Origin: the human T2T-CHM13v2.0 reference genome, Homo sapiens
Reading direction: 5' to 3' (one strand)
DNA length: 64,000 nucleotides
NCBI RefSeq assembly: GCF_009914755.1
Contig: NC_060926.1
Under the pieces are notes generated by a model. The model saw only the letters and a program-made list of their open reading frames with translations. It did not search any database and was not told the origin of the DNA. Positions 14,306-32,214 of the stretch are shown piece after piece. Every line of letters starts with the position of its first letter. Position 1 is the first letter of the stretch. A program made the translations under genes and the position numbers.

Positions 14306-15534
14306 AATTGCTGTTCATTGAGGCACACAGAGCTGGATATCCTAAATGAGTCCTAGGGACTCATTTCAGTCCCTACCTAGTGCTTATGTTTTTATAATAT
14401 AGTAGAATGATATACTACAGAATATAGTAGAAGAATGGAGACACAATATGGGCACAGATTGGAGGACCCAAGGAAGAAGATATGTTGGGGGTAACAGCTT
14501 TTCCATTTATCCTACTGGTTAATATCAGAGAAAGGGACAATGAGGGTAGGCTTATGATAAACAGTAAACCATTAATGTTTCATTAGATGAATAATTGTTA
14601 AAAATGAGATAATTCCTAAGTAGATAGGAATTGCATATGTCAATGTGCCCTTCAGCTATGGATCTGAGATGGGCCATCCACACTCAAAAATAGGGCTAAT
14701 AGGTATCTGGTTTTTAAAAGTGAAAGTCTGGTTTTGGAGCTTTTGGCTTAGAAATAAACACATGCTATGGTGTGACTTATGGGCCAACATTAGAGGCTTG
14801 TAATAAGTAATACAGTCCTAACTCCTTACTTGGATATAAGAGCATTAATTTTCTTTTCTGATATTTCTGGGGACACTATATGGCAAACAAACCCAAGTAG
14901 ACAAGACCGTAGTGAATCATACATCTGTTGAAATACACAATGTATTTGAATATTTCCTTTTATGATGAGTAATCAGGAAAAAAAAGCTATGGAAAAAGGC
15001 TCTAGGATTACAGTAAGAGACCATCAAGTTCCAGAGGAAAAGAATATTTCTGGAAAGACTTAAGACAGAAACCAGAGGAAATTAAAAAGTAAAAACTGCA
15101 TTGCATTTTCAATAGGATGTAAGGAAGAAGTCCACAATAAAAGTAGTCATGATAAGGGAGACAGTGGAACCAGTGAAAAAAAAAAAACAATAGTAGAATT
15201 TCAATAAACATTAAAGTTAGTAATAATCACAACTTCAGTAACTTGAACAACAGATATAAAGTACAAGTCTAAATGGCTTTCATAAGAATTCGGAGATAAA
15301 AAACACAAAGATAAACAGAAAGAAAAGATGGTTTGTATGGGGAGGCCTAAGAATTTAATGAACAATTATGTATTGTTTACCCTCCAAAGTTAATATTTAT
15401 TATAATCATTCTACTCTCCTGTCCTCAAATTGATTTTTTACAACAGAAGCAGACCACCAAGAATCTAATACAATTGATAAGCTCTATAATTTTGACCAAT
15501 GAAGCTCTAATTTCAAGGCATTCAGAATCAGGAA

Positions 15535-15600
15535 ATGCCCAGCTAATTTTTGTTTTCCTTTTTGTAGAGACGGGGTCTCATTATGGGTTGCCCAGGCTGC
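15535..15600 (-). mobile_element. Alu fragment
   Basis: ATGCCCAGCTAATTTTTG...GTAGAGACGGGGTCTC...TTGCCCAGGCTG. Confidence 0.7.
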
Positions 15601-16047
15601 GTTTTATTTTTCTTTTAACATTTCAGAGTCACTTTTTGATATTAAAGTCTTTGCTTTTTTATTTTAAGCCAGTCTCAGCCTTTTAGTAGGGACACAATCT
15701 ATTTACATTTATTATCATAATGAGGATTCTTGGTCTTGTTTTCTATGGTTTTACGCTTTGTTGTTTCCTTTGTTTTCTTTCATTTGCTACATAGATATTT
15801 TCTTTGATTTTGTCTTTGCTAATAACGTAGAATATATATAAATAATCTCAATTCAATTTTTTAAATATGAGCAATTAGTTTCAAGAATAAAAGACAATCT
15901 ATTCCACACTTCTTCTCATTTCCCAATCTGATTGAGATAATTAGGGATTTCAGACTTTGTTCCTTATTTTTAAGTATTTAAAAATATTTACATAAAGTAT
16001 CTTAAATGTTTTTAAACATTAAAAATATGTCTCTCAAAAATTACTCT

Positions 16048-16344
16048 GGCTGGGTGGGGTGGCTCACGCCTGTAATCCCAGCACTTTGGGAGGCTGAGGC
16101 CAGTGGATCACGTGGTCAGGAAATCGAGACCGTCCTGGCCAACATGGTGAATCCTCATCTCTACTAAAAATATAAAAATTAGCCGGGCATAGTGGCGTGC
16201 ACCTGTATTCCCAGCTACTCGGGAGGCTGAGGCAGGAGAGTCGCTTGAACCCGGGAGGTGGAGGTTTCAGTGAGCCGAGATCGCACCACTACACTCCAGC
16301 CTGGCAATAGAGCAAGACTCCATCTCAAAAAAAAAAAAAAAAAA
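16048..16344 (+). mobile_element. AluS (Sc-like)
   Basis: Full dimer with poly(A) and TSD AAAA(T)TACTC. Confidence 0.9.
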
Positions 16345-16536
16345 TACTCAGACCTCAAGATGTTTTAAAAAATTTTAATGATATCTACCAGTACTTCTAT
16401 ACAACTACATCCTTTTCTTTTAAACTATATACATATATTTCTAATGCCTAAAAACATGAACAAGTTGATTATGGAGACTTTTCTCCTTTAAAAGTTTTAT
16501 AAGAGTTTTCACTTTCTTGCATGTAATGCTGTAGAG

Positions 16537-16620
16537 CAGGGAGTGGTAAACTTTTCCTGTAAAGGGCCAGAGAGTGACTGTTTTAGGCTTTGCATGCCAC
16601 ACTTTCTTTTTCTGTTGCAA
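16537..16620 (+). mobile_element. MER58-like hAT fragment
   Basis: CAGGGAGTGGTAAACTTTTCCTGTAAAGGGCCAGA...TTTTAGGCTTTGCATGCCA. Confidence 0.7.
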
Positions 16621-18297
16621 GTACTGAACAGGTAAGTTAAAATTGTCCCTTAAGTTTAATGAGTGTTTATATGAATAGATGCTGAGCTGTTGTCTATGGT
16701 CAAGGAACACCACAGTTAGTGTTTACTAAGACAGTAAGAAGTGGAACAAGGCTTAAAGAACTACTTTCTGAATATCAGGAACTGCATGCTGTATGATTGA
16801 AGGTTTGCAAGCAGAGAAAAGGTGACTCTGCTGAGTTCTTGAAGCATCTGTCTACCTAAAGGCTGACCATTAGACTATATCACATTTTAAACTCCTTTCT
16901 AATATATTTATTTTATAACAGATTAGATTATTGTACATAAAATTAAGAAGAGAAAAACAGACTTAAAATACGTATTTTTTTCCGAATGTAGAAAAAGAGA
17001 TCATACAAAAGAGGAAGTTAAACATTTTGTAAGGAGCGTTTCCAGTAAGTACTACTTCATAATTTCTCTGTGAAATAAATACAAGGACATCCCCTTAAAG
17101 ATGAAGAATTCAAGGACTAGAGTGGCTATGGATTTGTCCAAGGATACCCAGCAAGTGTTATAACAGAATCCTGAACATGTATGTCTCAATTTTGAATAAT
17201 ATTAAATAATAATATATTAAAATAAATTTGTTCCTGAATAAATTAGCATATAATCCTGAAGTGCTGAATATAGGATAATATTTCTTCATTCTGGCAGTTT
17301 CTAATATAAAACAGTAAGTTTCTAATGTGATATAGTATGACCTCGCTGAAATAGTACCTTGATATGTTTGGGGGAGAAGAAACATGGGTCTTTCAGACTC
17401 TTCCAGAGAAAAAGCCTTCGAGTTGCCAAAAATCAGACAGTCAAATTTCCTTGGCTTTCTAATGACAATGCCACTGTCCTCTTCATAGCACACATAAACA
17501 GAGAAGAAGGGAAGTTCTAAAGAACTCCATAAATATTTAGATAAAGATAATTCATTATTTATTGAGAGACCCATATGTATAGCATACATTTAGATGGAGA
17601 GTAGAGCAGATAGATGAGGATGTCATAATTCCATGATTATTTTTCTTTCTATTTTGCCTGCTCCTAAAAAGTGTTCCAGGTGTTTCACAATAAAAGGGAT
17701 GTATACATAATACACTGAAAATGGAAATAGAGAAGACATGATCATAACTAATTCTCTAGGTATTTAAGGAAGATGACTGTCAAGGAGGAGAGAAGAGTAA
17801 AACACATCTCAAGAGACTAAAAATAACTAGGTGTAATAGGATGAAATTAAGCAAAGGAAAATGCAAGATAAACACAATGGTTTTCTGTTTTTTTCCTCAG
17901 TTTCTAATCATGAACGAAATTCCCCAAGGAAGATTAGTTACAGTCATGTGAAAAGAAGACTATTCCTTCGGTGCTATTCTGCAGAGGCTAAACCTGCAGA
18001 AGGAAGGAGGACAAGGAACATAATTTTCTAAATGAGATTTTCCACCTTTACATTTATTCTCTATAATTTGCTATATTTTGAAAAAGTAAGTAATATGTGA
18101 ACATATTCTTAAAGGTTGAAAGAATGCAATCAAATAGAAGTGGAAATTCTCCCTTTCTTCCCTCCTGAAACCCTATTCCTTCAAGATGAAAAGATAATTT
18201 AGCTGTTAACAAATATAGATTATAATATAGGTAAATATAAATTTTTAGGCAAAGGTGGGATTTCACATTTTAAATTTCATATGTCTTGGAAATCTTT

Positions 18298-22082
<3,785 letters not shown>

Positions 22083-22084
22083 CT

Positions 22085-25000
22085 CAGCTCTTATTATTTT
22101 GAGGTATGTTCCTTCAATACCTAGTTATTGAGAGTTTTTAACATGAAGGAGTGTTTAATTTTATCAAAAGCCTTTACTGCATCTCTTGATATAATCATGT
22201 GATTTTTGCCTTTAGTTCTGTTCATGTGATGAATCACATTTACTGATGTGTGTATGTTGAACCAACCTTCTATCTCAGGGATAAAGCCTACTTGATCATG
22301 GTGGATTAGCTTTTTGATTGTGCTGCTGAATTTGGTTTGCAAGTATTTTGCTGAGGATTTTTGTGTCAATGTTCGTCAAGGATGTTGGCCTGAAGTTTTC
22401 TTTTTATGTGTTTATGTCTCTGCCAGGTTTTGGTATCAGGATGATGCTGGCCTCATAGAAGGAGTTGGGGAGGAGTCCCTCCTTCTCAGTTTTTTGAATA
22501 GTTTCAGTAGGAATGTTACCAGTTCTTCTTTGTTCATCTGGTAGAATTTGGCTGTGAATCCATCTAGTCCTGGGCTTTTTATGGTTGGTAGGCTATTTAT
22601 TACTGACTCAATTCAGGGCTTGTTACTGGTCTGTTCAGGGAACCAATTTCTTCCTGGTTCAGGTTTGGGAGGGTGTATGTGTCCAGGAATTTATCCATCT
22701 CTTCTAGGTATTCTAGTTTGTGCACATACAGGTGTTCGTAGTAGTCTCTGATGGTTATTTGTATTTTTGTGGGGTCAGGGGTAACATCCCCTTTGTTGTT
22801 TCCTATTGCTATTTCTATTTTGTCTCTTTTCTTTTTTATTAGTCTAGCTAGCAGCATGTCTTACTAATTTCTTCAAAAAACAAACTCCTAGATTTGTTGA
22901 TCCTGTGAATTTTTTTTGTGTCTTGATTTCCTTCAGTTCAGCTCTGATTTTGGTTATTTCTTGTCTTCTGCTAGCTTTGGGGTTGGTTTGCTCTTGATTC
23001 TTTAGTTCTTTTAGTTGTGATGTTAGGTGGTTAGTTGAGATCTTTCTAACTTTTTGATGTGGGCATTTAGTGCTATAAATTTCCCTCTTTTCATTGCCTT
23101 AGTTGTGTCCCAGGGATTCTGGCATGTTGTATCTTTCTTCTCATTAGCTTCAGATAAATTCTTAATTTCTGCCTTAATTTCATTATTTACCCAAAAGTCA
23201 TTCAGGAGCAGGTTGTTTAATTTCCATGTAATTACATGCTTTTCAGTGATTATTTTAATCTTGATTTCTATTTTTATTGCACTATGGTCCAAGAGTGTGT
23301 TTGGTATGATTTTGATTCTTTTGCATTTGCTGAGGATTGTTTTATGTTCGATTGTGTGGTCAATTTTAGAGCATGTGCCATGTGGCAATGAGAAGAATGT
23401 ATATTCCTGTTGTTTTCGGGGGGAGAATTTTGTAGAAGTCTGTCAGATCCATTTGGTCTAATGTTGAGTTCAGGTCCTGAATGTCTTTGTTAATTTTCTG
23501 CTGCAATGATCTGTTACTTACTGTCAGTGGAGTGTTGTTATTGCACAGGAGTCTAGGTCTCTTTGTAGATCTCTAAGAAATTGCTTTATGAATCTAGGTG
23601 CTCCTGTGTTGGGTGCATATATACTTAAGATAATTAGGTCTTCTTGTTGAATTGAACCCTTTACCATTGTGTAATGTCCTTCTTTGTCTTTCTTGATCTT
23701 TGTTGGTTTAAAGTCTGTTTTGTCTAAAATTAGGATTGCGGTGCCTGTTTTTTCTGATTTCCATTTGCTTGGTAGATTTGCCTCCATCCTTTTATTTTGA
23801 GCCTATGGGTGTCACTGTGTGTGAGATGGGTCTTAGGTAGACAGCATACCACTGAGTCTTCTTTCTTTTTTTTTCAGCTTGCCACTCCGTGCCTTTAAAA
23901 TGGGGCATTTAGCCCATTTACATTTTTTATATGTGTGGATTTGATCTTGTCATTGTGTTGTTAGCCGGTTGTTATGCCAGCTTATTTGTGTGATTGCTTT
24001 ATAGTGTCATTAGTCTGTGTACTTAAGTCTGTTTTTGTATTGGTTGGTAACAGTCTTTCCTTTCCATATTTAGTGCTTCTTTCAAGATCTCTTATAAAGT
24101 GGGTCTGGTGATACCAGACCCCCTCAGCATTTGCTTATCTGAAAAGAATCTTATTTCTCCTTTACTAAGGAAGCTTGGTTTGGCTGGATATGAAATTCTT
24201 GGTTGAAGTTTTTTTCTTTAAGAATGTTGAATATAGGCCTCCAATCTCTTCTGGCTTATAGGGTTTCTGCTGAGAGATTTGCTGTTAGCCTGATGGGGTT
24301 CCCTTTGTAGATGACCTGCCCTTTCTCTCTGTCTTTCAGGGGCTCTCTGTGTTTCCTAAACTTGACTGTTGGCCTCCATAGTGAGGTTTGGGGAGTTTTC
24401 AAGGATGATATCCTAAAATGTATTTTCCAAGTTGTTTCGTTTCTTCCCATCCAATTCAGGGATGCCAATAATTTGTAGATTTGGCCTCTTTACATAATCC
24501 CATATTTCATGGAGGTTTTGTTCATTTCTTTTTATTATTTTCTCTTTATTTTTTTCCTGTCTTATTTCACAGAGCCAGTCTTCCAGTTCCAAGATTCTTT
24601 CCTCAGCTTGGTTTTTCATCTCTATCAGATCAGTTATATTATTTTTTATATAGGCTATTTTGTCTTTCTGCTTCTGTATCATTTTATTATTATTCTTAGT
24701 TTCCTTGGATTGGGTTTTGCCATTCTCCTGAATCTTGGTCATCTGTGTTCCTATCCATATTCTGAATTCTATTTCTGTCATTTTAGCCAACTCAACTTGA
24801 TTAAGAACCTTGTTGGAGAAGTAGTGTAATCATTTGAAGGACATAAGACATTCTGGTCATTTGTGTTGCTGGAGTTCTTGAATTGGTTCTTTTTCACCTC
24901 TGTGTGTGGGTGTTCCTTTAACTGCCAGGCTGCCTCTGATTGAAGTGGTCAGGCAGGGGCAGGATGGTTGTGCAGAAGTCCCACGTTGGGCAGCCCTGCT

Positions 25001-25205
25001 CAGTGAGGAGAAGTGAGGACCAGGACCTATGTGGAAAACATTCTGGCCACTCTTCCGTGAGGTGAGTGTTCTGTGCTAGGGGTTCAGACTAGCCCCTGAT
25101 CCTGCCAACTCTGCAGAGCTGCTTCCCTGGGTGGGGGAGGTTTCTCTGTCTCTGTGTCACTCCCAGGTGGGCGTTTATCCTGCCTTGCTTTTCTCCATTC
25201 TCCAA
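22085..25205 (-). mobile_element. Older L1P 5' portion (5'UTR, ORF1, ORF2 EN to start of RT)
   Basis: [33 protein letters not shown] and EIWDYVKRPNL remnants, with internal deletions. Confidence 0.88.
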
Positions 25206-25209
25206 TCTT

Positions 25210-25660
25210 GGAAATCATTTCATGTTAGTACATATGACTGCCTCAACCTTTTTAAGGAATGTGTGGTATTCCACAGTATGATTGGTCCATAATTTAGCCA
25301 TTCTTCTATTAATGGATATTTAAATTTATTCTAATTCTCTCTCTTATACACAATACTATAATGAACATTTTATACTTATATTCTTGTACATATGTGAGTA
25401 TTTCCTTAATAGAATATTACTGAACAGAAGAGAATACTGGAGGTCAAATAGAAGATATCATTTAAAATATTGGTAATTACTCAAGCTGTCCTCAAACATG
25501 CCACACCAGTTTATACTCTAATTTATAGCTTCACATATTTTTAACTTTTTTGTTCCTTTGCCCAACACTAGATATTATGGATTAAATTTTTTTTTACCAA
25601 TCTAATAGTTGAAAAATGAGAGCTAATTATTATTTTAATTTCCATAGTTAGAAAAGGTAT
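25210..25660 (-). mobile_element. Old L1M 3' fragment
   Basis: GGTATTCCACAGTATG..CATAATTTAGCCATT..CACCAGTTTATACTC pattern. Confidence 0.5.
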
Positions 25661-26139
25661 GTATGTTTTCATTTTAAGGGGGATACTTTAAAGTCATTCT
25701 AAATGAAACAGACTTTGGAGCAGAAGGAGTAAACTTTGCACAGCAGAAAGTCAACTCAAAGATCAACCTCTAGTAAAAAATACTCTCCATGGTATGAAAA
25801 GGTTAGTTAACTGTGCATTCAGAAGAGCCCTGTTTTTGGTTATATCAGTTCTGTTACCAATCTCCTTTACAAAAATGCAAAACTGCTATTTAGGAACCTG
25901 ACAGCTTTGAAGCTGCAAGGGCCCCTAGACAATAAGCAGCAAATTCAGTAAGATTGGGGCTAGGTTATTTTGGGCAAGTATCAGACAGTTGAGATTGAGA
26001 AAAAGGTTTCCTGAGAAAGTAGGAGTCCAGAAGCTGCTGGTACAAGTATTGGGAGCAGACATATCATACATCTAAAGTGAGTATATATCTAAAAGATCAA
26101 GAAGTTCCTGAGAGGTACACTAAATCAGAATAACTGCAA

Positions 26140-26315
26140 GTCACATTTATTAAATATTCACCATATGACAGGTAGTATGCTAAGCACTTTCCATGGATTA
26201 ACTTATTTAATCATCACAAGTGCATGAGGTAGCTATTATTATCTATATTTTGTTGGTGAAGAAACTGAGGCACAGAAAGGTTACGAATTTGTCCAAGGTC
26301 ATACTGCTAAGTTCA
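26140..26315 (-). mobile_element. MIR
   Basis: CATTTATTAAATATTCACCATATGACAGG...GAAGAAACTGAGGCACAGAAAGGTTA..TTGTCCAAGGTCA. Confidence 0.8.
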
Positions 26316-26411
26316 TGTAGTTAAATGCCAGGTTAGCCTTGGCTCTGAGGCTAGAGGGGAAACTTACTTATTTCATGGAAATGTTTAGAAAATTAAGTTG
26401 AAGAAATATGG

Positions 26412-26416
26412 GTGTG

Positions 26417-26449
<33 letters not shown>

Positions 26450-26460
26450 GTATGTATATG
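26412..26460. repeat. (TATATG)n microsatellite
   Basis: Seen directly. Confidence 0.9.
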
Positions 26461-26681
26461 AATGAGATTTTGGTCCTCACCAAATCATATTCTTATCTAG
26501 TTGTCCCTTGTAAACCCTGTGAAGGAAAGTTAGAAGTTTTGTCTTCATGCAAAGGTAATAGGTACCTGTGAATACTAAAATTGTATAATCAAATTATTCA
26601 GCTCAGAATGCAAAGTAGATTATGATTATTAAGTATATACTGCATTCTACATAAGAGATCTATAAGACCTATAAGATCTAA

Positions 26682-26795
26682 TATGATCCTTGGACAAATT
26701 CATAAGCTTTCTGTCTCTGTTTCTTCACTAACAAGACACAGATAATAATAGCTACCTCATGGACTTGTAATGATTAAATAGTTATATAAAGTTTC
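26682..26795 (+). mobile_element. MIR fragment
   Basis: TGATCCTTGGACAAATT..TTTCTGTCTCTGTTTCTTCA..GATAATAATAGCTACCTCAT. Confidence 0.65.
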
Positions 26796-28119
26796 ACTCT
26801 AATGTACTGTACCAAATCTTTGTCTGCTCTAATAAACAAAAAAATTTCAATGTATTATTATGCTCCAAAATTTTAGAAAACTAATGTCTATCAATTCTTC
26901 AGAATAATTTTATGTTTGCTAAAACTGTGAACACTAGCTAATTAGATTCAAGTTATCCCGAGAAACCAGTGAAATAAAAGGGTTACAATCTAGGTCTTAG
27001 AAGTTCTGATTTTGTTTACATAATACATGACCAGGGCCTTCTGTCTTGTTCTCCTATTCCAAAAGGGGGAGCAAGCAGCATGGCCCCAGAGTCCTGAGAA
27101 TCCTGAATACATTTTTCCTTCTTGGGGAGAGCAGACTCAGTTGAAGAAAAGAAGAACACTTCCTACCCGGACAGGCTGACACAGTAAGGGATCTCTCAAC
27201 ATACATTCACATTAAAAAAAGAGATATTCATAAATATCATCCATTTAAACATTATTTATAAAAAACAAGGTAAATAATAGATCAGAATTAAAATGAAAAT
27301 GTATACCGTTATAATAAAATATTCTCATTTCACAGTTTCTGAAACTGAGTTCTAGAGAGTTAGGTGACTTTACCTTAAATAATGACTCAAACTCTGCAAG
27401 TGTTTTCTAGTTTTAACATCAAAAAATACATTTTTATATAACTGTGTCATTATAATATGCTATTTTCTGACCTTTTTAAAACATTACTTTGTTGTACATT
27501 TTTTGTGTATTATGCCCCACATGTGCATTAACCTAGTCCACAAATTTGTTATTTTAATGGCAATATTCAATTATAATTAACATACAATAGTTTAACTTTT
27601 CTCAACTGTTAGATATTTGTAATGTTGCTCATATTTCTTTATTAAAAATAGTAACGGTGCAGCTACAAACATCTTATGTGGTACTTCTCTTTTACCCTCT
27701 TTAAGTAATTTTATAAAGATAAAGGTTATTTTCAGGTCAAAAATAGTGGTCAGTTTTATGACCCTCGTTGTATACTGCTAAACTATTCTCCAAAACAACC
27801 CTGGCAATTTACTCAATTATATCTAAGTCTACACTTCCAAAAATCTTGTCCGTTGTAATGGGCAGTAAAGTTTCCATATGCTCTTAATCTCCAAAATTCT
27901 GGGAAAAAACGTGATAATAGTTCCTAATTACTAGTCATACATTTCTAGATAATTCCATTTTATTTAAGATATTTGTATCTGTGTTCATAAGTGAGATTAC
28001 TTTCATGTTGCTTTTTTAGGTGCTCATTTCATCATACCTTTTAGGATCAGGACCATAATAATTTACTTCATATGATAAACTAAAGAACCTCCTAGTGTGT
28101 TTTCCCAAGTCCATAAAAG

Positions 28120-28970
28120 CCTTCTTCCTATCTCTCCTCCACATTACAATCAGAACAACCTTTTAAATACTCAAGTCTCATCACATTCATTTCTTAAAAT
28201 CTTCAGTGGCTTTCCATGACTGCAATGGTATAGTCCAGTTTTTGTTTTTTTTTTTTTTTTTTTTTTTTTTTGAGACGGAGTCTTGCTCTGTCGCCAGGCT
28301 GGAGTGCAGTGGCGCAATCTCGGCCTCCCAGGTTCAAGCGATTCCCCTGCCTCGGCCTCCCGAGTTGCCGGGACTACAGGCGTGCACTACCACGTCCGGC
28401 TATTTTTTTTTTCTTTTGTATTTTAATGGAGACAGGGTTTCACCATGTTGGCCAGGATGGTCTCGATCTCCTGACCTTGTGATCCACCTGCCTTGGCCTC
28501 CCAAAGTGCTGGGATTACAGGCATGGGTATAGTCCAAAATTCTAACTTGATCCATATGGTTCTAGATCATCTGGCCACGCATGCCCTTTCCCTCTTTGGT
28601 GTCTTCAAATGCACTCACCGTAAGATTTCCACTCCCCTCACTCCAGCTGCATTTTACTGATCTACTCTTGAATGCCATTAACATCTGTCACCAGGCTAAA
28701 GCTCTCTCACTACCCAGTTCAGTTTATTCAAAATTACTTATTCAATGTCTACTGTCTCTGATAAACTATATAAAACTCCATTTTCTACAGCAAAGGTTCC
28801 CTTTTTTTCAGGCTATTAGCAAGCAGGCATTCTTTGCCTCAGGAGTTTTAGAACATGATACTGTATATAATGTTTCCCTATGAGACTATAAACCAAGGTT
28901 AAAGGCCAGTTCTTATACATCTCTTCCACTCAAAGTTTAGTATACCTTGCATTCAATAAAGGTTAATGGA
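28120..28970 (+). mobile_element. L2 3' region interrupted by an Alu
   Basis: CTTAAAATCTTCAGTGGCTTTCCA..., GACTATAAACC..., ending CATTCAATAAAGG. Confidence 0.6.
28239..28525 (-). mobile_element. AluSc-like, 5'-truncated with a small internal deletion
   Basis: Poly(T), GTCGCCAGGCTGG, GGATGGTCTCGATCTCCTGACCTTGTGATCC, TSD GGTATAGTCCA. Confidence 0.9.
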
Positions 28971-29607
28971 TTCCTCTAGTACTCCAGAGGAATAACACAA
29001 AGAGTAAACTTAATAAAATCTGTATCAGACAAATACTCTTTGTTTGTAATATAAAATAGAAGAAATAACCGTCCATCGCAAAGACATAGTTATACTGACT
29101 TTCAGAGTTCATTGTTGAAAATTCATTAGAATTTCTGAGTTAAAGCATTTGACTCATTTGAAAGCATTATATAATTGAATAGGTAAAGAAATCTCTTCCG
29201 CAGAGACCTCAAAGAAGGAATACTCAGCAAAGACCACAACACCTCAATATTTTCTTTTTCCATTTACCTCATTAGGTCCAAATAATCCTAAACCCTCCAG
29301 GAAATGCCCATGTGTCCACTGCATATGCCCAACCAGAACTATCAACCCCAAATACTACCTCCTTTCCATGACAGTGGATCATATCTTTAAACATCTCAGC
29401 TCTGGAGTCATAAATTTATGACATTATTAATTTTCAAAATCAATTCTTGTGTACTGTAGACATATTGAAAACCTAAACCAAGAGACCTAAGAAATGTGGA
29501 AGAAGGACAGTGATGAAATAAATAAGTAATGGAATGGATAAGAAGGAATACGTTAAGCTAAAGTAAAAAAACTTTTCTAACTAATTCACTTCTGCTACTG
29601 AGAAGAC

Positions 29608-29710
29608 ACCTGTAAAATGAGAATAACAGTAGTATTTATCTCACAGAGGTGTTGGGAGATTTAAGTGAGTTAGTATACATAAAGTGCTTAGGAGAGTGCC
29701 TGGCATTATT
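29608..29710 (+). mobile_element. MIR 3' part
   Basis: CTGTAAAATGAGAATAACAGTAGTATTTATCTCACAGAGG...AAAGTGCTTAG..GTGCCTGGCA. Confidence 0.75.
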
Positions 29711-30744
29711 GTCATTTCTTTTATTAGGTAGCTGGAACTTAAAGCTTTAAGTAAATAAAAGCAATGGGCTAACATTCTGGGCCAGGAAGACATCTTCTAG
29801 TTTGTTCAAGGCTAATAGCAATCTCTATATATGTACATTTCTAGGGAAGTTTCTGATATCCCAACATTATGACATTTCCCATCTTAACAGGCAGGCAGTT
29901 CTTTATAATAACTAAAAATACTGTAGTTAAACAATCTTATCTGCTTTCTTTTACTTTTTATTAGTAGGAAAAGAAAGGAATTTTCTATAATTTAAATGAA
30001 GATGATGACTATAAATGTCTAGAGGAAATACTTACACCAAACTGCTTTTACTTTCATAAGAGAAAAATAGTTTCTATTAACATACAAGATGACAAATCAG
30101 ATAGAAATGAGACTGATTTAAAACCTTAAAAAATAAGTCATCTCAAGCAGAATTATGAGAGAGGAAAAGATAACCCTATGACCAAAGGGGTGATGTTGCT
30201 TTCTATACCAATCAAAATTGCCCTGAAGTCTTCCTGCTTTCATTTTTCTTTATTTCTGTGATTAATCCTAAATGACCACCTAGTCACTTTTCTAGAAGGA
30301 AAGCAAGACAGAAGAAACAGATGAGAAGTAGAGCTTAGAAAGAGGAGAATGATTTGGCTACTATAGGGGATTAATTTGGGTCTCATCATTTGGTGCCAAG
30401 TTAATGATAAATACTTGTAATGTTTTTCCAAAACTTTGCCTTCAAGTGAATCCTTGATATATGCCCCTCACTCAGGTGAGGAATTACTGAAAATTAGGCT
30501 GAACCTCGTTTACTCGCTAATCCAACCCTTTAAATAAAAACAAGAAGACACTAAATCATAATAGCATCTAAGTTAAATCCCATGCCTGGATTATTTCTCT
30601 ACATGCTATAAAGTCATTACCCATGCTTATTCCAATCTCTCTAGCAATTTTATCTATTCTAAGATTTCTCAAATTCTTTCACTCACTGATGCTAGTTCAG
30701 CACACACATATAAATAAGTTGACTATTCCTTACCATTTCCTGAT

Positions 30745-31825
30745 TATCTACAGTGAAACTTAATTTACCACTTTAACTGTTTTAAAATGTACAAATTCAG
30801 TGGCACTAAGTACATTCATAATGTTGTACAACCACCATTACCCATCTAGTTTCACAACTTTTTCATCAGCCTAAAAGGAAATCCATACCCATATTAAGCA
30901 GTCAGTCCTCATTCCCCTGTCCCTGACATCCACTAATCTACTTTCTGTCTCTATGGATTTGCCTATTCTGAATATTTCATATAAACGGAATCATATATGA
31001 CTTTTTGTGTTTGACTTCTTTCACTTAGCATAATTTTTTCAAGGTTCATCCATGTATCAGTATTTCATTTCTTTTGATGGCTGAATAATATTCCATTGTA
31101 GAGATGTTCCACATTATGTTTATCCATTCATCAGTTGATAGACATCTGGCTGGTTTCTACCTTTTGGCTATGGTGAACAGCGCTGCTATAAACGTTCATG
31201 TGCAAGTTTTTGTTTGAACACTTGTTTTCAATAATTTTCAGTATATGTCCAGGAAGGACATTCCTGGGTCATATGGTAATTCTGTTTAACTTTTTGAGGA
31301 AACACTAAACTGTTTTCCACAGTGGCAGCACCATATTACATTCCCACCAACAACGAATGAGGCATCCAATTTCTCTACACCTTTGTCAACTTGTTATTTT
31401 CCATTTTTCAAAAAATTATAGCCAACCTGGTGGGTATAAAGTGGTATCTCATTGTGGCTTTGATATGCATTTCCCTAATGACTAATGATGGTAAGCATCT
31501 TATCATGTGCTTATTGTACATTTGCATGCTTTCCTTGAAGAAATGTCTATTCAAATCCCTTGCCTTTATTTAAATTGGGTTGTCTTCTTATTATTAAATT
31601 GTAAGAGTTCTTTATATATTCTGGACAGAAGTCTCTTACCAGTTTTATGATGTACAAAGATTATTTCCCATTATATGGATTGTCTTTCACTTTCTTGATC
31701 ATGGCCTTTGAAATAAAAAAGTTTTTAATAAAAAAAAAGCAAACAAAAGAAACAAAAAGTTTTTAATTTGATGAAGTCCAATTTATTTTTCTTTTATTAC
31801 TTGCTTTTTTGATGTCATATTTAAG
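30745..31825 (-). mobile_element. L1MB-type 3' fragment
   Basis: TTCAGTGGCACTAAGTACATTCATAATGTTGTACAACC 3'UTR followed by ORF2 C-terminal antisense sequence (GTGGTATCTCATTGTGG). Confidence 0.85.
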
Positions 31826-31884
31826 TATGATGCTTCCTTTGATACCTAAGATATGTCAATGTTGGCTTTAATTTTTATTACAGT

Positions 31885-31945
31885 AATCACTATCATTTAT
31901 TAAGCCTCTACCATATGCCAGGCATTTTACATGTGTTATTTCATT

Positions 31946-31991
<46 letters not shown>

Positions 31992-32155
31992 AGAGCTAGT
32001 ATTAATATTATAGCCATTTTCAAGAGAAAAGAAACAAGCAAACTCAAAAAGGTATTTTCTCAAAGTCATTCAGCTAAGATATAACAGAAGCAAGATTCAA
32101 ACTCAGCTCTGTCTAAATGCACAGACCACACTCTTTTCCTCTCTTCTATACTGCA
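31885..32155 (-). mobile_element. MIR containing (CA)n at 31949-31992
   Basis: CATTTATTAAGCCTCTACCATATGCCAGGCA...GATTCAAACTCAGCTCTGTCT. Confidence 0.7.
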
Positions 32156-32214
32156 TTCTGCTATTGTATAGAATAATATAAACTGACATTGACAAGAAGA
32201 GAGGGAATATATGT